DNA of 64,000 nucleotides, taken from NCBI RefSeq assembly GCF_036588685.1, contig NC_086375.1, positions 10,292,001 to 10,356,000 on the forward strand. The letters run 5' to 3'. Positions 28,105-39,600 of the stretch are shown one piece after another. The stretch is from Mytilus trossulus (lineage: Eukaryota). Position 1 is the stretch's first letter. The number at the start of each line of letters is the position of its first letter. Under the pieces are notes generated by a model that was not told where the DNA came from, searched no databases, and was given only the letters and a program-made list of their open reading frames with translations. Made by a program: the position numbers and the translations under genes.

Positions 28105-31100
28105 TTATTTGCTGGTAGCCATTGGATTCCTGAGAACCAAGATAACGGAATCTCCTCGTAAGAACATTTTTGAGATATATCTGTCTTTGTTCACGGGCTT
28201 GGATTTCTTCTTTCCTTTTCCTGTTTTAGGGGTCTCTGTCCACATTTCCTTAACATTTTCCAATACCATATTGCAATGTCTGAAATGATAATAGACATCA
28301 GATGTAAATTGAGGCAGATGTTACATGAGGCCAAACTTAAAAATATTTTGGTTTGCCCAAACCCTACCCAAAGGTTGAGACAGTGGGTAGGTAGGTAGGC
28401 ATTTTCTTTTTTTTTTCAAAAAAGAAATTGAAGTATCAGATGTTTATTAGTCTTCATGCCTATTTGATTAAAAAAAACTTCTTCAAATCAGGACAATAAA
28501 AGAATTTCAGTAGGCAGCTTTTTTCTGGGTAAGTAACGTTTGAGCAAACAAACCTATTATTTATTATGGCCTGATGTGCTTCTAAAGCTTATTGATATTG
28601 GTATTTGGGTTCAGATGTTAGATGATGCGCTTCAAAGCTTATTGATATTGGTATTTGGGTTAAGATGTAAATTAAGGCAGATGTTACATGATGCGCTTCT
28701 AAAGCTTATTGATATTAGTATTTGGGTTCAGATTTCAATTGAAGCAGATGTTACATGATGAGCTTCTAAAGCTTATTGATATTGGTATTTGGGTTCAGAT
28801 GTAAATTAAGGCAGATGTTACATGATGAGCTTCTAAAGCTTATTGATATTGGTATTTGGTTTCAGATGTAAATTGAGGCAGATGTTACATGATGAGCTTC
28901 TAAAGCTTATTGATATTGGTATTTGGGTTAAGATGTAAATTGAGGCAGATGTTACATGATGAGCTTCTAAAGCTTATTGATATTGGTATTTGGGTTCAGA
29001 TGTCAATTGAGGCAGATGTTACATGATGCACTTCTAAAGCTTATTGATATTGGTATTTGGGTTCAGATGTAAATTGAAGCAGATGTTACATGATGAGCTT
29101 CTAAAGCTTATTGATATTGGTATTTAAGGTTAAGATGTAAATTGAGGCAGATGTTACATGATGCACTTCTAAAGCTTATTGATATTGGTATTTGGGTTCA
29201 GATGTTAATTGAAGCAGATGTTACATGATGAGCTTCTAAAGCTTATTGATATTGGTATTTGGGTTCAGATGTAAATTGAGGCAGATGTTACATGATGCAC
29301 TTCTAAAGCTTATTGATATTGGTATTTGGGTTAAGATGTAAATTGAGGCAGATGTTACATGATGAGCTTCTAAAGCTTATTGATATTGGTATTTGGGTTC
29401 AGATGTCAATTGAGGCAGATGTTACATGATGCACTTCTAAAGCTTATTGATATTGGTATTTGGGTTAAGATGTAAATTGAGGCAGATGTTACATGATGAG
29501 CTTCTAAAGCTTATTGATATTGGTATTTGGGTTCAGATGTTAATTGAAGCAGATGTTACATGATGCACTTCTAAAGCTTATTGATATTGTTATTTGGGTT
29601 CAGATGTAAATTGAGGCAGATGTTACATGATGCACTTCTAAAGCTTATTGATATTGGTATTTGGGTTCAGATGTAAATTGAAGCAGATGTTACATGATGA
29701 GCTTCTAAAGCTTATTGATATTGGTATTTGGGTTCAGATGTAAATCGAGGCAGATGTTACATGATGAGCTTCTAAAGCTTATTGATATTGGTATTTGGGT
29801 TCAGATGTTAATTCAAGCAGATGTTACATGATGCACTTCTAAAGCTTATTGATATTGGTATTTGGGTTCAGATGTAAATTGAGGCAGATGTTACATGATG
29901 CACTTCTAAAGCTTATTGATATTGGTATTTGGGTTCAGATGTAAATTGAAGCAGATGTTACATGATGCGCTTCTAAAGCTTATTGATATTGGTATTTGGG
30001 TTCAGATGTCAATTGAGGCGGATGTTACATGATGCACTTCTAAAGCTTATTGATATTGGTATTTGGTTAAGATGTAAATTGAGGCAGATGTTACATGATG
30101 CGCTTCTAAAGCTTATTGATATTGGTATTTGGGTTAAGATGTCAATTGAAGCAGATGTTTCATGATGAGCTTCTAAAGCTTATTGATATTGGTATTTGGG
30201 TTCAGATGTTAATTGAGGCAGATGTTACATGATGTGCTTCTAAAGCTTATTGATATTGGTATTTGGTTAAGATGTAAATTGAGGCAGATGTTACATGATG
30301 CGCTTCTAAAGCTTATTGATATTGGTATTTGGGTTCAGATGTAAATTGAGGCAGATGTTACATGATGCGCTTCTAAAGCTTATTGATATTGGTATTTGGG
30401 TTCAGATGTCAATTGAGGCAGATGTTACATGATGCGCTTCTAAAGCTTATTGATATTGGTATTTGGGTTCAGATGTCAATTGAGGCAGATGTTACATGAT
30501 GCACTTCTAAAGCTTATTGATATTGGTATTTGGGTTCAGATGTAAATTGAAGCAGATGTTACATGATGAGCTTCTAAAGCTTATTGATATTGGTATTTGG
30601 GTTCAGATGTAAATCGAGGCAGATGTTACATGATGAGCTTTTAAAGCTTATTGATATTGGTATTTGGGTTCAGATGTTAATTGAAGCAGATGTTACATGA
30701 TGCACTTCTAAAGCTTATTGATATTGGTATTTGGGTTCAGATGTAAATTGAGGCAGATGTTACATGATGCACTTCTAAAGCTTATTGATATTGGTATTTG
30801 GGTTCAGATGTAAATTGAAGCAGATGTTACATGATGCGCTTCTAAAGCTTATTGATATTGGTATTTGGGTTCAGATGTCAATTGAGGCGGATGTTACATG
30901 ATGCACTTCTAAAGCTTATTGATATTGGTATTTGGTTAAGATGTAAATTAAGGCAGATGTTACATGATGTGCTTCTAAAGCTTATTGATATTGGTATTTG
31001 GGTTCAGATGTTAATTGAAGCAGATGTTACATGATGAGCTTCTAAAGCTTATTGATATTGGTATTTGGGTTCAGATGTTAATTGAAGCAGATGTTACATG

Positions 31101-33721
31101 ATGATCTTCTAAAGCTTATTGATATTGGTATTTGGTTTCAGATGTAAATTGAGGCAGATGTTACATGATGAGCTTCTAAAGCTTATTGATATTGGTATTT
31201 GGGTTCAGATGTAAATTGAAGCAGATGTTACATGATGAGCTTCTAAAGCTTATTGATATTGGTATTTGGGTTCAGATGTTAATTGAAGCAGATGTTACAT
31301 GATGCACTTCTAAAGCTTATTGATATTGGTATTTGGGTTCAGATGTAAATCGAGGCAGATGTTACATGATGCGCTTCTAAAGCTTATTGATATTGGTATT
31401 TGGGTTCAGATGTAAATTGAAGCAGATGTTACATGATGAGCTTCTAAAGCTTATTGATATTGGTATTTGGGTTCAGATGTAAATCGAGGCAGATGTTACA
31501 TGATGTGCTTCTAAAGCTTATTGATATTGGTATTTGGGTTCAGATGTTAATTGAAGCAGATGTTACATGATGAGCTTCTAAAGCTTATTGATATTGGTAT
31601 TTGGGTTCAGATGTAAATTGAGGCAGATGTTACATGATGAGCTTCTAAAGCTTATTGATATTGGTATTTGGGTTCAGATGTCAATTGAAGCAGATGTTAC
31701 ATGATGAGCTTCTAAAGCTTATTGATATTGGTATTTGGGTTCAGATGTCAATTGAGGCAGATGTTACATGATGCACTTCTAAAGCTTACTGATATTGGTA
31801 TTTGGTTTCAGATGTAAATTAAGGCAGATGTTACATGATGCGCTTCTAAAGCTTATTGATATTCGTATTTGGGTTCTGCATGTTTTTTTTAACTTGCCCT
31901 TAGACATTTTGGTTTAAAAAATATACACAAATTTTCATAAAATTTAATGCTCCTTTAGAGTATTTGTTTTTTTTTTGAAAAAAAGAATATCCATGAGAGA
32001 TATTTAAAGATGTTAAAGATAACATGACTAATTCATATCTATAGTTATGCTTATATAATTATAAAAATGGTCAGATATCATTTATTGTTTGTGATGGTTC
32101 TGATTAGTTTACAAATGCATCATGATATATGAATACAAAGTTCAGTCTTGCTGATAAACCCACCCACCTATCAAATGCTTTCACTCTGGCCAACAATTTC
32201 TTGTTGTTTCTGCAGTTGATAAGGACTTGTGTGTTGTTCTTTACTGACTGAGTCAAGACAGACAGGGGACCAGTATTAAACTCTTCTTGTTCCCTACTGG
32301 ACAACTCTTCTGGAGTCATCTCACTTTTGGGTTTTTGTAATAATGCACTGAAAAATAAAATAAAACATCAATTAACTATAAAAAAATCATGATCATACAA
32401 TATTTGATCTGTGTTTTGTGGTAATAAGCTTTGTGTATAAGTTTAAGTATAAGCTTTTGGTTAAGGCAAACTAAACATGCTAATGTAATTAGAGAAAGGA
32501 AACCGTCTTTGAGAAGTGTCAATAGACAAGGGTATTAAAACTAAATGCCCCTTTGCTACAGAGGGGGCATCAATATATAGAATCTATAAATAAAGGATCA
32601 ATGGTTACTATTATGACGATTATAGCAAATACATAATTCACTACTTTGTTTTGAATTAATAATGCATGTGTTCATACAAATAGTATTCTTCAAGTACAAA
32701 ATGTATCCACTATAATATCTGAAATCATGTACAATTGTACCCATTTGAACATGTAACAGACTTCTAACAGTTGCAAAGAATGAGTAAATTTACCATGTTC
32801 CATTTGTAATGGGTTACAAATGTAAAAAGTGGGGATATTTAGCACTAATTTCTTGACAAAGTATGTAAATTGCATTACACATAATAAAATAATCGATGCA
32901 TTATCTGAGACCAATCACATTTCTTGACGAATATGTTAACAGTGAGCTCCCAGTATTGACTTTTCAAGCCATGTACATCACAGGAATACATGTCAGTGTG
33001 CCCCCTTTTAATTTCACATTCTTTATGTTAGCACTATTTTTTTTATTGGTTTTGTGTTTAATAACTTGTAATGAGTTTTGGTAAGTGTATTGTTATTTTC
33101 TTGCATGCATAACACTCACCGGACATTTGAAGAACTCTATAAACATGGGTTACCCTAATTTAGAACAGTGTATTCCTATAACTATATATAAATTGGGCAC
33201 AAACGTGTAGGGTGGAAAAGTATATTGCCTATTGGGTGCAAACAGACCCGATACCATGAATCCCAAATTTGATCATGTGTCAACTGTGAATAGAAGTTAT
33301 TTACATAGTTAGTTACTTGTCCTTATGTATATAGTTGTTCCACTGGCAATCATTTACACATCTCATACATTTATAAACTGAAAGTGAAACAAGGAAGGTC
33401 CTTCTCAAGTTCTGTTCACTAGTATGTTTATAACGCCAAATTTCGGTGGTATTTATTGGATTTCTATAACAACTTTCTTAAATTCTCGACAATATTATCC
33501 ACTTTTATGCTTCAACATATTGGTGTTAGGAAGTATGATGAGGGATGAAGATCTTTAAAATAGTGAACCGTGCAAAAAATATTTGTAAACAAACACTTGT
33601 GGGGGTCAATACAACACCAAAATTCATGTAATTATGGACGAGAATAATGAAAATTGAGATACAAACATAAGCAAATATGCATGATTAAGTTATTAAGAAT
33701 ATAAAACTGTGCTTACGACAT
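28105..33721 (-). CDS. SNRPD2: Small nuclear ribonucleoprotein Sm D2 (119 aa)
   Basis: Exons 33717-33721 (ATG TC|gtaagc), 32168-32347 and 28105-28279 total 360 nt. Protein: [119 protein letters not shown], the canonical Sm D2 sequence. Confidence 0.97.
28298..31877. repeat. 67-bp tandem satellite, about 50 copies, filling most of SNRPD2 intron 2
   Basis: Unit AGATGTAAATTGAGGCAGATGTTACATGATGAGCTTCTAAAGCTTATTGATATTGGTATTTGGGTTC, with one HindIII site per unit. The first unit is interrupted by a MITE. Confidence 0.97.
28329..28571. mobile_element. 243-bp MITE, PIF/Harbinger-like, inserted in the first satellite monomer
   Basis: Imperfect TIRs GGCCAAACTTAAAAATA...TATTTATTATGGCC. The 3-bp TSD TGA lies at 28326-28328 and 28572-28574. 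The empty site GTTACATGATG is seen in the other monomers. Confidence 0.85.
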
Positions 33722-34019
33722 GATGATGAATTGATGCAAATAGATTATTTGCAGTTACAAAATATTTGGCTTGTGCCGCCGCTTTAACCGGAAGTTGATA
33801 GTATAACGGTACTGGTTCCCGATATGTGATTGCATGTACTGGTTAAAATACCCCAAAGAAACCAGATATAATTTTGGATAATTCTTAAAATCATCTTTGT
33901 GTTTTCTTGATAACAGTATTTATCATGATAAGAAAGATCAAACATAACACTGATCAACTGACCGGCGAACGAAGAAAGATACGACACGTCAGTAAATTCA
34001 CACAGCACAAACAAGACAA
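33722..34019. promoter_or_regulatory. Putative bidirectional promoter for SNRPD2/FKBP2 with the non-coding first exon of FKBP2
   Basis: Local CpG enrichment, ETS motif CCGGAAGT (33788-33795), UPRE/XBP1-like TGACGTGTC on the minus strand (33983-33991), and donor AA|GTAAGC at 34020. The FKBP2 ATG lies 1 nt after an acceptor, so an upstream UTR exon is expected. Confidence 0.55.
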
Positions 34020-34259
34020 GTAAGCTAAATTACCTTTAAAGATTTGTGTTTTTGTGAAATTCACAATTGATGGAAATGATGGCAAGAGTTAGAATGCTCA
34101 AGTGGCAGTGGCACTGTTGTTTGTAATGTTAGAGTTTTGAGTGAGCTTGTTTACACTTGCAGTCTCAAATTGAAAACATAATTTTTTACTTTATTACAAA
34201 ATGCAAAATGCTGAGTACTGGAACTTAAAAAACTACAGTCCAGAAGAACAAGCTAAAGA

Positions 34260-34450
34260 CTGGTATTCCTGATCCCAAAATCCCAGGTTTAAAAACACAA
34301 AATCATAAAATCCTAGGCTTAAAAATACGAAATTTTTTATCCAGAGGTCCGGACATTCATAAAAAAGAATTCCCAGATCCTAATAGAATCAATCCTGAAA
34401 TCCCGTGCTTAAAAACACCTGGAGTCCCGATATAGGTCCTACCCCCCTCA
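34260..34450 (-). mobile_element. MITE fragment, same family as 56309-56497
   Basis: Repeated AAATCCC motifs and terminus AGGTCCTACCCCCCTCA, reverse-similar to the start of the 56309 element. Confidence 0.55.
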
Positions 34451-34836
34451 TCAAACCTGACGAATTTTTGGTCAAAAGCAAAACCAAAAGGAAAATCAAA
34501 CCGACACGGTTTGTGGACTATGAGAGCACAAACATAGTTAATAACTCAGTAAAAACCAACTCATAGGCAATGAAACTAATATGAGGCAGGCATAAGCTGT
34601 GAATACACCTTATCGCTATTATAATCCCGGCTGACCCGGCATTAAAAGTCTCGTGCAAACAAAACCAGAAAAGGAAGTAGATTTCTGTGCAAATGCAGGG
34701 AAAACTGGAACAGGAAGTAGATCTGTAAAAAAAGTTAATGTCTGTCCGATTTTGAGTTCATTATTACATGTACAACAAATGTAGTAAAAATGAAAAATTT
34801 CGGGAAATTATCCCGATTTTTTTATTTTTTTTTAAT

Positions 34837-35000
34837 CAAGACTGTGATTCACTGGAACCAACTGGAGGAAGACATAGTGTACACCAAGTCAATTGAGACC
34901 TTCAAAATAGCTCTCCAAAACAGTCAATAGGCGCTCTCTCTCCCGTCGAGTAAAAGCCAGTAATGGTACCTTTCGACGTAACGATACAGATACAGACAGA
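34837..35000 (+). mobile_element. 3' end of a severely 5'-truncated LINE (RTE-X/CR1-like)
   Basis: Encodes KTVIHWNQLEEDIVYTKSIETFKIALQ, a typical RT C-terminal 'WN.L...S...FK..L' motif, followed by a short UTR and a (GATACA)n-like tail. Confidence 0.7.
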
Positions 35001-36694
35001 TTACAATCACAGAAACAAATTCTTTCACAAACTCAAAGTCAAAATATTTTATAGGCCTTTATTTGTGAAACTAATTTGCTCATTTATTTTTTTACCTCAG
35101 TCTGGCTACGCTGCAGGACATTGAAATTATATGAATAGTCTAATTTAGAGTGTTTTTTCATGAACTACAGTTGTAGTAAAAAATGTATGCAGACCAACCA
35201 AATGCTGCAGCAATACACTTTTTTTGTTTGCCATACAATGTACAATGTAACTGGACATTTAAAAGCTTAAGGTTCACATAAAATTTTGACAAATAGAAAA
35301 TATCTGTTCAACAACACAATGGAAAAGTGCAAACAAATTCTGTCTGCTGATGACCCGTATGTAATTAGAGTGGACAATGTCATGTTGAATTGTACACAGA
35401 AGAAAAAAAAGTGACAGAATGTTATTTTTTCCTAATCCCCCAATCCCCCACCTGTTTCTTGTTTCATTGAATATGAAAAATTTGGTTGATTATATAGGGA
35501 ATCACTAAAGCATGACTGGGGAGACCCCCTTACAATGTAAGTCAGTCAACGGGCCATCCCTTAATATAAAAAGTTCTGGATCTGCCACTGTGATTAAATA
35601 TGATGAACACCAAAAGAAATCTAGAGTACAACATACTGTTTTTGATGATAATTACGTATTCCATAAACAAATGTTTGTACATACAGTACAATGTGTGTTG
35701 AGCACAAAATAAAGTTGATAAACTCTACAGCTAGCATGGCTAGTCAAGATAAATGAGAAAAAATTGAACACAATCAACCATCTTCAAACTTCAATTGGGG
35801 TCTCAATCTACTGCATCACTAGTATGTGAGCAGTAATTTTTTGAGATTAAGAACATGACAGGTTCTTTGTACTTCAATTTTTATAGACCACTTTCTGTTT
35901 CCGAAAAAAACTATGTCCTCCTTTATGACTTCATTTACCAGGTAGAGGGGATTGGTTGTATCCCTGCACTATTTACATTCATCAAGTGTCTTAGTGATTG
36001 CCATTGTGCAGGATAAACTAGAAATAATATTTGTTTTGTACATACTTCATCACAACTCCCGCATGACAGCAGTGCAGATTGTCAATTATGAGAATTTGAT
36101 TTACCAAATAATTTGTGAAAAAACATGAAAAAGGTATTATAGTTTTCCAAACACTTGCTCAACATTGGAACGGGAGTGACGATGCCCCTTAACACACAAA
36201 AGATGTTCAATAAAACCAGAGTTTTTGAAGGAAATGCATCAAACTTGAAAGTTGCCTATTGACCAGTTATTCTATCAAATTTCTATTGTTTTCTCAGGGC
36301 ACTCTGGATACTCCCACTTATATAAACTGGCCATCATGAAATTACCAATAGTGCTTAAATTAGTTGTATAAAACAAAGCATATAACCACCTATTATCACT
36401 GAATTCGCCATTTCAGAATCTAATGCATTCTGGGTAATATTTTCAAAAATATACACTGAAACGTCGTGATTGGATGAAAACGTCCATAACAATGGAAATT
36501 CGACCAATGTAGTGACGTTCTTTTAGTTTTTGGGGTACGAACAATGAAATTACCCATAGTCCTTTTAAGGCTTTAGATTCTGAAACGGCCAATTACATAT
36601 GTAGTAAATCAAACCTATAAACATGATAAATGTTCTGTCATGATTGAGCGGTTGTCATTAAGAATTATAAATTACAAATGTATGTTGTTTCAGA

Positions 36695-39600
36695 ATGAGG
36701 ATAAGCTGGGTTGTAAATGGTCTGTTGGTGCTGTGTATGGTTGTACAAGCTTGGGCTGGAGAGGAAGAAAAAAAGAAGAAATTACAGATTGGTGTGAAGA
36801 AGAGGGTAGACAACTGTACAGTCAAATCTAGAAAGGGAGATACACTACACATGCATTATACTGTAAGTGTATAATACACATGTACATCTAAAAAAACAAA
36901 AAGTATTACCAATACATACGTCATGAACATGTTTTATATACTGTATAATTAATAGTTATCAAAGGTACCATATAATTTACTACGCGGTCTACATAACTTA
37001 AGACTCATCGCTGACGCTCAGATCAAAATAGTTATAAAGCCAAACAAGCAAAAAGCCGAAGAGCTATGAGGACCCAAACTTCAAAAATGGTGCCAAATAC
37101 AGCTAAGGTAATCTTTGCATGGGATAAGAAAATCCTTATCTTTTTCGAAAAATAAACAATTTCTTTATTATGATCATACATGTAAGGAGAAACTCTACAC
37201 ATATAGGGTTTGCTCACATTGAGTAATTGAAGGCATTTTAAAACAAAATAAACATGTTGAACAGCTTCCTATTTTTCCTGTTTATGGGATGTATCAATCC
37301 AGATTATCCATGTATACGTGTATACAATGTCTGACATTATACACTTAAAAAAAAACCATATTTGTCAGTGTTGAATGTATAAAAATCAGTTGAGATTTGA
37401 ACACAAATTTAAGAAAAATTAACAAGAAAGAAAACTACATTCCAAAAATAGATTAAAATAATTACTAAAAATATGTATGTCACTATGTTGGCAGGATAAA
37501 ATCTTTAATAAGATTTTTTTTTAAATTTCTTTTTTTAAAGTACAGTGTGTTATAATATTAAACTAATATCATTCCAGTATAAGAGCACTTGATGCATTAA
37601 AAATTATTCTTTTACCAAAAGTTTTATTTGTTTCATAATTGCTCTGTATATTTCGCTTTTTTTGTGGTTCTATTAGTTAGCTGTTCATCCATGTGTTATC
37701 ACGTTATGCATAGAATTAGAAAATGTTTTAATAAATTTCAGGGTAAATTAGAAGATGGTACAGAATTTGACAGCAGTATACCAAGGAAAGAACCATTTGT
37801 ATTTACATTAGGAGCTGGACAAGTTATCAAAGGATGGGATCAAGGTTTACTGGGGTAAGTTGTTAAAGGATGGGATCAAGGTTTACTGGGGTAAGTTGTT
37901 AAAGGGTGGGATCAAGGTTTACTGGGGTAAGTTGTTAAAGGGTGGGATCAAGGTTTACTGGGGTAAGTTGTTAAAGGGTGGGATCAAGGTTTATTGGGGT
38001 AAGTTGTTAAAGGTTGGGATCATTCAAGGTTTACTGGGGTAAGTTGTTAAAGGATGGGATCAAGGTTTACTGGGGTAAGTTGTTAAAGGGTGGGATCAAG
38101 GTTTATTGGGGTAAGTTGTTAAAGGTTGGGATCATTCAAGGTTTACTGGGGTAAGTTGTTAAAGGGTGGGATCAAGGTTTACTGGGGTAAGTTGTTAAAG
38201 GGTGGGATCAAGGTTTACTGGGGTAAGTTGTTAAAGGGTGGGATCAAGGTTTATTGGGGTAAGTTGTTAAAGGTTGGGATCATTCAAGGTTTACTGGGGT
38301 AAGTTGTTAAAGGATTTTAATATCAGGAAAGGCTATCATTAAAGTTTTACAGGCATTAGTTGTACAGTATGGGGTTGTTGTATGTATTGGGATAAGGTTA
38401 TACATGTATAAAGATTTACTGTAAAGCTTGGTATTTTTTTTTTAATAAATGTTGGAATTAAAAGATAATTTGTTGTGTCAGTGTATTAAATAAGAAAAAA
38501 ATAAAGTGAAAAGTCTGTCATAAATATTAAGAAAAATATCAGCTTTGAAAATTTGCTACTGATGCTTATATCTGTATATCAATAATGAATTAGTTAATGT
38601 TTGATTTCTATGCTTTTTTAGCTCACCTGGCCCGAAGGGCCAAGTGAGCTTTTCTCATCACTTTGCGTCCGGCGTCTGTCGTCGTCCGTCGTCGTCGTCG
38701 TCGTCCGTCGTCGTCCTGCGTTAACTTTTACAAAAATCTTCTCCTCTGAAACTACTGGGCCAAATTTAACCAAACTTGGCCACAATCATCATTGGGGTAT
38801 CTAGTTTAAAAATTGTGTCCGGTGACCCCGCCAACTAACCAAGATGGCCGCCATGGCTATAAATAGAACATAGGGGTAAAATGCAGTTTTTGGCTTATAA
38901 CTCAAAAACCAAAGCATTTAGAGCAAATCTGACATGGGGTAATATTGTTAATCAGGTTAAGATCTATCTGCCCTGAAATTTTCAGATGAATCTGACATTC
39001 CGTTGTTAGGTTGCTGTCCCTGAATTGGTAATTTTAAGGAAATTTTGTTGTTTTTGGTTATTATCTTGAATATTATTTCAGATAGAGATAAACTGTAAAA
39101 AGCAATAATGTTCAGCAAAGTAAGATCTACAAATAAGTCAACATGACCAAAATGATCAGTTGACCACTTTAGGAGTTATTGCCTTTTATAGTCAATTTTT
39201 AACCATTTTTCGTAAATCTTAGTTATCTTTTAGAAAAATCTTCTCCTCTGAAACTACTGGGCCAAATTTAACCAAACTTGGCCACAATCATCATTGGGGT
39301 ATCTAGTTTAAAAATTGTGTCCGGTGACCCCGCCAACTAACCAAGATGGCCGCCATGGCTATAAATAGAACATAGGGGTAAAATGCAGTTTTTGGCTTAT
39401 AACTCAAAAACCAAAGCATTTAGAGCAAATCTGACATGGGGTAATATTGTTAATCAGGTTAAGATCTATCTGCCCTGAAATTTTCAGATGAATCTGACAT
39501 TCCGTTGTTAGGTTGCTGCCCCTGAATTGGTAATTTTAAGGAAATTTTGTTGTTTTTGGTTATTATCTTGAATATTATTTCAGATAGAGATAAACTGTAA

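Noticed and set aside
28540-31034. ORFs 28540-28758, 29983-30165 and 30852-31034
   Set aside because: These are translations of the 67-bp satellite and the MITE end.
37860-38042. ORF with [12 protein letters not shown] repeats
   Set aside because: This is an off-frame reading of the intronic 36-bp donor repeat.
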